A stretch of 64,000 bases of DNA from Octopus bimaculoides (Eukaryota): positions 121,252,226-121,316,225 of the forward strand of contig NC_068982.1 in NCBI RefSeq assembly GCF_001194135.2. Direction: 5' to 3'. Position 1 is the stretch's first letter. Each line of letters opens with the position of its first letter. The notes under the pieces were generated by a model. It did not search any database and had not been told where the DNA came from. It saw only the letters and a list, made by a program, of their open reading frames with translations. Shown here one piece after another: positions 49,296-60,910 of this stretch. Both the position numbers and the translations under genes were made by a program.

Positions 49296-51599
49296 CGTTT
49301 GAAAATTTAAAAATCACTTCTTTAACTTCCTAAGACAACTCAACGGTTCTAAAAGCAAACTTCGTTTGTTTGTTTACGTTCATCATATATATCATCATCA
49401 TCATCATCATCGTTTAACGTCCGCTTTCCATGCTAGCATGGGTTGGACGATTTGACTGAGGACTGGTGAAACCGGATGGCAACACCAGGCTCCAGTCTGA
49501 TTTGATATTAAAAAGTTCTAGCATTTCTTATTGTAAAGAAATTGTTCACTTGTGTGTTAATCTGTGTATGACATTTATTTTTATAAGTCTATATGTTTAT
49601 GTGCATATGCCTCTAGTTTTTTTAAATGAATATCTCTGTATTTAAATCTTGTCTATATAGTTATGTATGTATGTGTCTAACAGTTATAAATGATATTTTT
49701 TGCGTCTAAGTGTTGCACTTGTGTGTGTGTGTATAGTGTTTTTCTGTTAGTGCACACATTATATAATGAATAAATTCTTTGGTTTTGAGGCTTCTAGAAA
49801 TCAAATTCCCTTGAATTTTTTACATATACAGGGGCTTATGTATTCATAGACCAAAACATTTTATATTCACTGTGCAGATTTTAATCTAAATAAACAAACA
49901 GACATGCAGAAAAACTGATGGTAAAAAAGCCAAAGGCTCCAGGCAAAATCAAATCACCTATCTTCTGTATCCATGACAGGTGTGCTAACCAATTACACTA
50001 AAGTCACTGTCTGTCCCTCTGCCATCAAATTACACACAGTTTCTTCTTAGAATCTGGAAAATAAGTATGTTTCATTTAGAATATAGCTGCCTAAAGAAAT
50101 ATGGAAATAAAATCATTTTAACAGTGTATCTTGGAAGTGCATACAGCTATAAATAACAACATGTAATATATTGGGTTAAAAATGACTGCCAATTTTACAG
50201 ATATTAATTTGATTACTTTCTGCACTGAAAAATAATCAAATAAGATTTAAGGGTTTCTACAAAAGAGGGTCTATTAGAAGCAGTTCTGTTTCTAAAGGCA
50301 AGACGTTTGATAAATTTTGAATAAGTATTTTTGATATAGCCCTTATTCTATCAATATAGCTTTTATTTAATAAATTTTGTTGGGATTAACTTTTCAATAT
50401 CTTACAATGTAATTAATTCCTGTTTCATGTAATGCAATCTTTCATGTTGCATTCACTTCAGTTTTGTATTCAAATTGCTTTAATCTCGAAAAGGAAATGT
50501 TATATATTTAAGGGTTGTATTTCTTTTAAAATGGCCATTTTTTTTTAAAGTACTTTAGGTGCTAAATCTTTTGGTTTTTATTTTGATGTACTCCAAATTT
50601 TCAAACTGATAAACTAAGATATTCCTGATTTTCTTTGAGTATATTTTTATTATTCATTTCTGTTATGTCCTTTTACTTTATAGTCTTTTGATAAAAATAT
50701 TCATTTCTGTAATAAATAATATAAAAAAACCCACAACAATAGAGCTATAAAATGTAAGCCTAAACCTTTAACATTATAGGGTGCTTGGAAATAGCCTGGT
50801 TATTCTCATTGGTCATTTATGTTGTGTGAATTTATTTAATAGAAAAATATGATTAATCTTGTTACAAAAAGAGGAATTGGAATTGGAATCAGTGATCACT
50901 GACTCCACAGCCCTGATAGTAACAAAATGAGTGATTGTCACTGGATTAATGTGGAAGGTTGCTGTTGTACATAGTCTGTGGACAGAAACCTTGTAAGACA
51001 AAAACAAAGCCTGTTAAAAGGATGAATGAACTCAATATAGGGCCAATGACTATCTAGCAATATTCATCGTACATAGGTATTAACTTGAAAAATGCTTAGG
51101 AAAGTATCTCATAGAAAGTTGTGTCTTATGTCCTCTGCAGAAGTAAACCTGTTTCTAAAATCTCAACTATGGTAGCGGTTGGTTACATATCTTATTTTGT
51201 GATTGTGGTTTGTGTCTGTATTCATTTGGTGATATGTTTGGTGTGATGTAGACTGTGATACCAAAGCAGATTAACATCAGTTTCTTTGAGTTTTGCATTC
51301 CTAACTCCTTCTCTAGCATGAATCATTTCATGTCTGGTATGTGACATACTGTGTACCAATCTAGGTAACTTAATTAGGAGAGTGGAGTAGGCTCTGTACA
51401 ACTTACTCCACTAGAAACAAATTTGTTGCACAGGTTGTTTAGTAAGAACACTTTCTATTTTTGTAAACAAAGTACGGTGAAAATTAGATAGTAGAACAGG
51501 CAAAGTTAATGGTTTTTTATTCTCAAGAATACAAAACTAAGTTCTCTCTTTCTTTACTATTTGATATAACAACTCTCCAGGATTTCTATCTATCTATCT

Positions 51600-51897
51600 G
51601 TTGGTGTTGGCACTCCGTCGCTTACGACGTCGAAGGTTCCAGTTGATCCGATCAATGAAACAACCTGCTCGTGAAATTAACGTGCAAGTGGCTGAGTATT
51701 CCACAGACACGTGTACCCTTAACGTAGTTCTCGGGGATATTCAGCGTGACACAGTGTGACAAGGCTGACCCTTTGAATTACAGGCACAACAGAAACAGGA
51801 AGTAAGAGTGAGAGAAAGTGGTGAATGAGTACAGCAGGGTTTGCCACCATCCCCTGCCGGATCCTCATGGAGCTTTAGGTGTTTTCGCTCAATAAAC
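51600..51897 (-). mobile_element. tRNA-derived SINE (same family as 54028-54421), head lost in gap
   Basis: Near-identical to 54040-54335. Confidence 0.88.
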
Positions 51898-52689
51898 NNN
51901 NNNNNNNNNNNNNNNNNNNNNNNNNNNNNNNNNNNNNNNNNNNNNNNNNNNNNNNNNNNNNNNNNNNNNNNNNNNNNNNNNNNNNNNNNNNNNNNNNNNN
52001 NNNNNNNNNNNNNNNNNNNNNNNNNNNNNNNNNNNNNNNNNNNNNNNNNNNNNNNNNNNNNNNNNNNNNNNNNNNNNNNNNNNNNNNNNNNNNNNNNNNN
52101 NNNNNNNNNNNNNNNNNNNNNNNNNNNNNNNNNNNNNNNNNNNNNNNNNNNNNNNNNNNNNNNNNNNNNNNNNNNNNNNNNNNNNNNNNNNNNNNNNNNN
52201 NNNNNNNNNNNNNNNNNNNNNNNNNNNNNNNNNNNNNNNNNNNNNNNNNNNNNNNNNNNNNNNNNNNNNNNNNNNNNNNNNNNNNNNNNNNNNNNNNNNN
52301 NNNNNNNNNNNNNNNNNNNNNNNNNNNNNNNNNNNNNNNNNNNNNNNNNNNNNNNNNNNNNNNNNNNNNNNNNNNNNNNNNNNNNNNNNNNNNNNNNNNN
52401 NNNNNNNNNNNNNNNNNNNNNNNNNNNNNNNNNNNNNNNNNNNNNNNNNNNNNNNNNNNNNNNNNNNNNNNNNNNNNNNNNNNNNNNNNNNNNNNNNNNN
52501 NNNNNNNNNNNNNNNNNNNNNNNNNNNNNNNNNNNNNNNNNNNNNNNNNNNNNNNNNNNNNNNNNNNNNNNNNNNNNNNNNNNNNNNNNNNNNNNNNNNN
52601 NNNNNNNNNNNNNNNNNNNNNNNNNNNNNNNNNNNNNNNNNNNNNNNNNNNNNNNNNNNTATATATATATATATATATATAATATATAT

Positions 52690-52788
52690 CATCATCATCA
52701 TCATCATCATTTAACGTCAGCTTTCCATGCTAGCATGGGTTGGACGATTTGACTGGGGACTGGCGAACCAGATGGCTACACCAGACTC

Positions 52789-52790
<2 letters not shown>
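52690..52790 (-). mobile_element. SINE family B 3' fragment
   Basis: (CAT)n-TTAACGTCAGCTTTCCATGCTAGCATGGGTTGGACG. Confidence 0.85.
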
Positions 52791-52823
<33 letters not shown>

Positions 52824-53199
52824 GTGTTGTGTGTAACTACATAGATTTAGTTATATAGGTCATTATTGAATTGAAAAATCAAAAAAACAAAAAAAATATA
52901 ATCAAAAAATTTATCTCAAATAAGTTGACTACTTTTGTAGCCAGCTGTTGTGGACACATTAAAGTCAACATTTGTGGTAGTATTTGTTCGTGTTTATAGA
53001 AGGCAGAGAAGGAGGGCGCACTGGCCATAGCTTTTTTTCTTTCTCTTCTAAATATCTCATCTTGAACTCAGTGATAGTGAAGACATGTGGATAAGATCTG
53101 GGCTTACTATTTAGGTTGAACTATCAACTACTGTGTGTAGTTGGGTATGTTTGTTTTTGTGTTAATCCTCAATCTGTGTGTGTGTGTGTGAATGTGGTG

Positions 53200-53580
53200 C
53201 AGGTGTGGCTGTGTGATAGCTTGCTCCCTAACACATGGTTCTAGGTTCAGTCCCACTGCATGGCACCATGGGAAAATGTCTTCTACTATTGTCTTGGGCT
53301 GACCCAAACCTTGTGAGTGGATTTAATTGACGGAAACTGAAAGAAGCCCATTGTATGTATATGTTTATGTGCGTCTTTGTGTCTGTGAATGTCCCCTCAC
53401 TATCACTTGACAACCGATGTTGGTGTGTTTAAATCGCTGTAACTTAACAATTCAGCAAAAGAGAATGATAGAATAAGTACTAGGCTCACAAAGAATAAGT
53501 CCTGGGGGTGATTTCTGCTACTGAAACCCTTTATGATGGTGCACCAGCATGGTCGCAATCAAATGGCTGAAACAAGTAAT
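53200..53580 (+). mobile_element. SINE family A copy
   Basis: Complete family A structure. Confidence 0.88.
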
Positions 53581-54027
53581 AAAATAATAGAATATGTATA
53601 TATGTTTTTTTTTTATCTTCCAAAACCAGTTTTTGTTTAATCCCAGATAGGCTTTCTGATCCTGCATGATCCTGGTCAAAGATGTTTCAGCTGTGACCAG
53701 ACTATTTTTTATTGTGATATAGTGTAAATAGGACAATGTAATTTACATACTTGCTAGCATTAATGACTGTAACCGTTTTTGTTATTTATTTAGTCATAGG
53801 CCAACCCTGATCTAGTTACCAGACATAATGTATCTTAGACTACATCATTCAAGGTGCCCTTCTATTTAAGATGGTATAATGTAATTTGTTAATTCTGGTG
53901 GTATGCATGATATTGTTGAAACTTCCTGGATTATCTGTTTAATTTTAGATGTTCACACTTCTAGTTTAGCTCTTATTTACTGTCCTGTTGTCATTATACA
54001 ACCTTATCCCAATACCCAGAATCCCTA

Positions 54028-54421
54028 GTTATTGTTGTTGCTGTTGGCACTCCATCGCTTGCGACGTCAAGGGTTCCAGGTGATCTGATCAACGGAATAG
54101 CCTGCTTGTGAAATTAACGTGCAAGTGGCTGAGCACTCCACAGACACGTGTACCCTTAACATAGTTCTCGGGGATATTCAGCGTGACACAGTGTGACAAG
54201 GCTGACCCTTTGAATTACAGGCACAACAGAAACAGGAAGTAAGAGTGAGAGAAAGTTGTGGTGAAAGAGTACAGCAGGGTTCGCCACCATCCCCTGCCGG
54301 AGCCTCGTGGAGCTTTAGGTGCTTTCACTCAATAAACACTCACAACACCTGGTCTGGGAATCGAAACCGCGATCCTATGACCGCGAGTCCGCTGCCCTAA
54401 CCACTGGGCCATTGCGTCTCC
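54028..54421 (-). mobile_element. Full-length tRNA-derived SINE with 14-bp TSD
   Basis: Head GGAGACGCAATGGCCCAGTGGTTAGGGCAGCGGACTCGCGG...GGTTTCGATTCCC with A and B boxes, (AAC)n tail, and TSD ACCCAGAATCCCTA at 54014-54027 and 54422-54435. Confidence 0.93.
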
Positions 54422-55052
54422 ACCCAGAATCCCTAATACCCACCAATCAATAGATGTAAATTAAGTCTCAAGTTCTAATCTGTAGCTGCTGAAGATGAAT
54501 GGAAACGATTGTAGACAGGTCAACTTATGACTATATTACACTGAAACCAGTTTCTTTGTGTCATCACTGAAGTATGACAATGCCAAACTTAGATGGGTGA
54601 CCTCTTGGAAGATTCACATACCATAAGCATCTACTTAAAGTGACAAGGGAGCTTCTGAACACTTTTTAAACTGCCAGAAATAGCTGCCAAATCATTCTCA
54701 ATTCACAATTCATTGTTTAGATGCATAATATCTGATTAAATGACTAGATTGTCATAACTGGAATGCCCTTGTCTCTCTCTCTCAGAGAGGCCCTTTAATA
54801 TTAGATTTGTTTAATGTAGGGTGTTTATAGGGGCTAAACATCAATATTTTAGAAAGCTGATAGAAATATTGTGTATGTGTGTATAATGAAATATTATGTC
54901 AGTATCTATAATGTAATGTCATCATTGATAATGCAATGTTGTATCAGCATATGTATTAAATGTTGTGCTAGAATATATAATGTAATGTTTCAGTATATGT
55001 AATGTAATGTCAGCATGTATAATGAAACATTGTGTTAGCAACAATGTAATTA

Positions 55053-55190
55053 AACCTTCGAACAGATAGTCAGCAGCACCGCCTGGCTGGGGCTTGGCTG
55101 CTCTGCATTGGCAAGGGGCAACACCCTGAAACTAGTCTGCAGATGCCAAACCAGCAGGGGGACACTGCTGACCTCCCCTGTTCGAAGGTT
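55053..55190. mobile_element. Small MITE with terminal and subterminal inverted repeats (piggyBac-like?)
   Basis: Perfect 13-bp TIR AACCTTCGAACAG/CTGTTCGAAGGTT and an internal IR GTCAGCAG/CTGCTGAC after 3- and 5-nt spacers. TTAA on the left, TATA on the right. Confidence 0.6.
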
Positions 55191-56500
55191 ATAAAGGACA
55201 CAGGTTTCGTGTGTCACATAGCTAGCTAGAGGCGATGGCTTCTTGGAGCTAATTCACGGCAGCTTTCGTCCTAATTTTGGGACTGCCATGTTGGCTTGGT
55301 GATAACTATTAATTTCCAGTACCGCTGCCGTAGTCTCCTTTAGAGAGACTTAGAAATATTAATAACTCTCTCTCTCTCTCTTTCNNNNNNNNNNNNNNNN
55401 NNNNNNNNNNNNNNNNNNNNNNNNNNNNNNNNNNNNNNNNNNNNNNNNNNNNNNNNNNNNNNNNNNNNNNNNNNNNNNNNNNNNNNNNNNNNNNNNNNNN
55501 NNNNNNNNNNNNNNNNNNNNNNNNNNNNNNNNNNNNNNNNNNNNNNNNNNNNNNNNNNNNNNNNNNNNNNNNNNNNNNNNNNNNNNNNNNNNNNNNNNNN
55601 NNNNNNNNNNNNNNNNNNNNNNNNNNNNNNNNNNNNNNNNNNNNNNNNNNNNNNNNNNNNNNNNNNNNNNNNNNNNNNNNNNNNNNNNNNNNNNNNNNNN
55701 NNNNNNNNNNNNNNNNNNNNNNNNNNNNNNNNNNNNNNNNNNNNNNNNNNNNNNNNNNNNNNNNNNNNNNNNNNNNNNNNNNNNNNNNNNNNNNNNNNNN
55801 NNNNNNNNNNNNNNNNNNNNNNNNNNNNNNNNNNNNNNNNNNNNNNNNNNNNNNNNNNNNNNNNNNNNNNNNNATATATGTTATGTAGATAGGGTTAATC
55901 CAAGCTGTGTCCTCTTGAAGCACATCTGTTTATTCCAGTACTTTACAGTTGTATGCAGATAGTACAGTTGTATGCAGATAGTATATTTAGCCCCCTGTGG
56001 ACAATAAAGAAATATATATATTTGTGTGGCGTATACATAAAAGTTGAAAATTCTGGAAAATGTTTTTTGCGGTGTAGTTATATGTGAAAACAGGAGATTG
56101 GAAGGAATTTTTGGTATTATTTATTCACCATTACACGTGTTTCATTTGCTAATGAGAGTTATAAAATTGTACATGTAAGAGAAACATGTAAATACATCTA
56201 TTAGAAATTCTTCAGAAAGAGAATCAAATAATAATAAAATTCATATTTGGATGCAGCGTTTATATATAGTTTGTAATCAAGGGTCCTATAGATTGTTGGA
56301 GGGGAGAATAAAGAACAAAACTAGAAATATAGAAAAGAGAGAGATTAATGTAATAAGTATACACACATATATACATATAAACCTGCATGTATACAAAAAC
56401 ATATATTCAAGGATATATGAGCATAAACACATATGTACGTAAAAATATACATGTTCACATGTATGTATGAGCAAACACACATGCACACACACATACATAC

Positions 56501-56546
<46 letters not shown>

Positions 56547-57065
56547 AGTGGTACAACAAGGCACCAATGTTTACTGGAAATAGCAGTCAATAATTTTATG
56601 ACACTATAGTAAAGCTTCACTGTATATATGCTGGCAAAGATGTGTGCGGGAAGAACATTAGATAAATGGACAATCCAGAATTGGATAATCTAGTGCCTAG
56701 GTTTCAGGCTCTTCAAATACGTTTCTCATCGTAAATTTGATTAGTCTTCCTTAGATTTACCTGGGCGATATTTCAAATGTTGCTACATTAGTGCCAGTAT
56801 ACTATATATATATATATATATATACACACATTTATAGGACAAAGAAATCCTTTAACATATCTTTAATGATAAGTTACAATTGTTTCTGTACCAACTCTGT
56901 TTGCAATGCCAGTTTACACAGTATTTGAAGTGAAAAATTTACATAATATTTGCGACTTTAGACATTAGAGTGGCACTTTGGCAGATTTGCATAAAAGTTT
57001 GCTCTTACATTGTACATCTTCCAGACATTGTTTTTTGCTTATATGTGTTTGTGTGTGTGTATGTA

Positions 57066-57139
<74 letters not shown>

Positions 57140-58265
57140 TACACTCATGCTTTTATACTTTCTTATTTACACCTACATGCACACATACACGTATATTCAG
57201 ACAGATACTCATATATACATACATAGCCACAAAGATACATACACATATACATATTAACTAATGTATGAGCTAACACATATCTATACGCATGCACAAATAT
57301 AACATACATGCATTCATACATACATACATACACATAGACACAAACCTTTTATATACATATAATATAAGCTTAGATAAATTTGGTATATTGACACTGACAT
57401 ATGCACATAATTAAAGACAAAAACACTCATAAATAAATAAATAAGAATTTAAATTAAGAAGATATATTAATATACAATCAATTTTAAACGCTGAATTTTA
57501 AATGATAGCACATATTAAAAATAACAAAATGAAGTTTCTTTCACATATAATAGTTATTAATTCATGCAAAAAGAAACAGTGTTTTAAGCATCTGTATAAA
57601 CATACATGCATACACAAATATGCACACATATGTATGCTCTCTCTTGCACACAGAGGCAGATATGCAGTGACATATTCATATACATATGTATATACGATTT
57701 GAAGTAATAATGGAAATTATTTAAAAAGTGCATGTTGTAATTATAGTTGTTCGTATTTTATTTAAACTATATCAAAATTAATGTGTAAACAATAATAACA
57801 ACAATTTCCATGAATTACAATAAAAATTACGTTATGTAATTTGAATTATATGTACAATTTTAGAAGTAAGGAAGAAAGAACTAGTGAATTACCATTACTC
57901 CAGTAAGTAACTGGTATTAATTATACAGAAACCAGATCAATGAAATGCAATGATGACAAAAACAGTAAATTTGTTTTATGATTTTACTGATGATTTTTGT
58001 CAGCTCATCATTTTATTGATAAAAGTAATATTAGCAGCAACTATAACAACAATAATAATAGTAGTAATGATACTGTTCAGTTTAATATTATATCGATTAT
58101 ATCATTATCATATTTTATTGAATTATCCTAATTACTACTTTGGTAAAGGGATTATATACTTAATTATTGCATTTTATCATATAATTATTTCTGAAAAAAT
58201 CTTAAGAAAAATATTTCTTAAGGGAAGCAAATTGCCTAAAATGTGTGCTTGTATGTACACACACA

Positions 58266-58297
<32 letters not shown>

Positions 58298-58417
58298 TTT
58301 GTATATAGACTTTCATACATGCATGCACGCATACCTACAGATAACATACATACATGCATGTTTTTTTTGTTTTTTTCCTCCATCTTCCTTTTCTCTTGGA
58401 CTTTCCTCTGTCTACAG

Positions 58418-58444
58418 TTTCCGAAGAAGATCTTTGCTCAAAAC
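58418..58444 (+). CDS. Candidate 27-nt microexon (VSEEDLCSK in phase 1 or FPKKIFAQN in phase 0)
   Basis: Very long polypyrimidine tract ending TCTACAG| and an AAC|GTAAAG donor; the exon is frame-preserving. Confidence 0.22.
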
Positions 58445-58547
58445 GTAAAGCCACCTTTCTTTCCTTTCCTGAGCATCTGCTAATACTTTACATGTACCAC
58501 ATCCTCACGTTGTTGTTTTTTTGTGTTTGTTCTTCGTTTATTGGATT

Positions 58548-58591
<44 letters not shown>

Positions 58592-59616
58592 TTATTTACA
58601 TATACATATATATAGGTGTGTATATAAAAATATGTATATAAATATATGTATATGCATCCAATCTCCTGTTTTGAGATATGTTTTGAGATACACACACACA
58701 CATGGCTATCTAAACTTACTCCTTATTCACCTGCCAAATGTTAGCAATCCATGTCTGTAATATATACATTGTATAAGTATGGTTAAAAAGTTCACTTCCC
58801 AGCTACATGTTTTCAGGTTCATTCTGTGGCACCTTGGGTAGGTGTCTTCTAATATATCCCTTGGCCAACCAAAACCTCAGAAAGGATTCTGAAGAGAGAA
58901 ACTGAAAGGGCCTACTCTGTGTGTGTTTACATTTGCCCTTTTCCAAAATTTGTCATTTCCCTTCTCAATAGGTCATCTATTGGCTTTGTGCCTTCGAAGG
59001 CATGTGGAATAGGATATCATCCTTTATTTGAGAAATCGGTATGGGTCAGCTACAGAAAGAGCATCTGGTTGTATAAGAATTCCTCAATAATATATTCGTT
59101 TAACCTTGCTAACATGGAAGAATGGACATATAAATGAATGAATGAACAAATTCTGTGAAACAGAAGTCTGTGTGTGTGTCTGAAATGTTATATGTATGCA
59201 GTATTCTGTGAATGCACCGAGATGTATGTGTGATGCTAGGCCACTGGAATATATCTCTGGCTTTGATCACTCTGCCAATAAATAAATCAGCTTAGTTAAA
59301 AAGAACAAAAATGCAGTACATTATAATACTTTACAACACAGTACACATTACAATACAGTACATCGCTGTACAATGAATTACTAAATAGCATATTACAACA
59401 CAATGCTGTTATTTTTTAAGTGAGGTTCCTTTCCATTGTATTAAGAAGTAAGGTAATAACTTCCATTGTTTTGAGAACCAGAGAAGTTGAGGATTATTTG
59501 GCTATTCTAATATACATGTTTCCTTCCGAAATTAGGTATTGTTTTTTTTTTGTTTTGGTGGTTCTTTTATGGAATTTGAACAAAATGGATCTCTCATTTT
59601 CACATTGATATCTTAA

Positions 59617-59956
59617 GATTGAACTTAGAATCTGAGGGTTAGTAGCCCATACTCTTATTCACTATGCTATATGTTCTATATAATCATTGACTGAATTTTA
59701 GGGCTTATAAACCTAGTATTTTATTGACAGAGAACACCACTGGAAAATATGAAAATTAAAAGAGGCTGCACATATGCTAGGACACAATAACCTCGAAGCA
59801 GACCTAGTGCAGATATGAATGTAATATGGGAACCAGTATTAAGAGAAGATAAAATACTAGGTTTATAAGCCCTAAAATTCACTCTATAATTGCCCATGGG
59901 CATATAGTGTAGTAGATAAGACTGCAGCTACTAACCCTCGGATTCTAAGCTCAATC
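59617..59956. repeat. 106-bp inverted duplication of a tRNA-like head plus upstream flank (arms 59617-59722 / 59851-59956)
   Basis: The inner 30 bp are a perfect inverted repeat, the outer 30 bp match at 28 positions, and the middle is more diverged. The right arm reads as a tRNA-like head (TAGTGTAGTAGATAAG...CTACTAA...AGCTCAATCCC). Confidence 0.85.
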
Positions 59957-60070
59957 CCAAGCAGGGACTTGGAAAGTAATATAACAGAAAAATAACATCA
60001 GCAACATACATTAGGAATGAGAACAATGTAGCCCATTAGTCAAGTAAAGGGTTGGGTTTGAAATTCCACC

Positions 60071-60115
60071 AGAACACCTGATGAAGGCTGGAGAGAACAT
60101 CACCTGAAATGTAAT
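60071..60115 (+). ncRNA. Degenerate hammerhead-like motif
   Basis: AACAC-CTGATGA-AGGCTG(10 nt)CACCT-GAAA-T-GTA: core and stem II recognisable, 3' strand of stem I lost. Confidence 0.4.
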
Positions 60116-60589
60116 AACAACAAACAAGATGAGGACACCTATCCATCCATTGTATATAATGTACATAATCCCTCATCTCAAGAATATAGAATAGTATTTA
60201 AAAATATAATTGAAGATATATATTAAAAATTCTGTTCTACATAAGTATGATTAATAAAACAAAAGGAACAAGCATGGCATAGATGCCAACATGACTCTGT
60301 GATTGAGAAGTTCACTTCACGACTATGTGATTTTGGGTTAAATCCCACTAACACCTTGGCCCTTTTACTATACCTCTGAGGACACCTATCCACCCATTGT
60401 AAATAATGTATATATTTTTAAAATCTGTAATAAATCTAGATGCCCTATTGTTGTGCATTGTCTGAGAACTACTGATTTAGAGTATTGGCTCTAATTATTT
60501 ATGTAGAGTATTGGAACTAATTAGTTTAATTAGAACATTGAAACTGATAAGTTTATATAATACTGAAACTAAAGAGCTTGTGTGGAGTG

Positions 60590-60910
60590 TTGGGGTTTCA
60601 CCGTTCAACCTTTCAAGGTTGATAAAATAAAGTACCATCAAATACTGGGATTGATGATATTGAGCATTCCCCTATCTCTCAAAATTGTTAGTCTGGTGCC
60701 TAAATCAGTAATCATAAAGAGGCAAGCTGGCAGAATTGTTAGAGTGTTGGAAAAAATGATTTGTAGTATCCATTTTGGCTCTTTACATTCTGAGCTCAAA
60801 TGCTGCCGAAGTCAGTTTTGCTTTTTATCCTTTTAGAGTCTGCAAAATAAAGTACTTAGTCAAGTACTGAGGCTGATGGTATTAACTAACCCCTTCCCCT
60901 CAAAATTACT
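60590..60910 (+). mobile_element. Two tandem SINE family C copies
   Basis: GATAAAATAA(A)GTACC and GCTGGCAGAATTGTTAG...GAGCTCAAATGCTGCCGAAGTC motifs. Confidence 0.7.

Larger units (their letters stand above)
49020..49465. repeat. 75-bp perfect inverted repeat formed by two opposed SINE B tails (49020-49094 / 49391-49465)
   Basis: 55 nt of unique SINE tail plus 20 nt of (ATG)n are exact reverse complements. Confidence 0.9.

Noticed and set aside
54486-54518. CTGAAGA...GAAAC...GTA hammerhead-like string
   Set aside because: No stem II and stem I is out of register. Similar weak strings at ~975-1010 and ~42700 were also discarded as chance.
55988-56008. CTCF-like motif (GCCCCCTGTGG)
   Set aside because: It is the 3' end of SINE family C (compare the reverse complement at ~17897-17925) and is one base short of the consensus.
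57950-58483. 177-aa hydrophobic ORF
   Set aside because: AT-rich low-complexity and (CA)n sequence with no recognisable domain; only the 27-nt segment after the acceptor is kept as a candidate.
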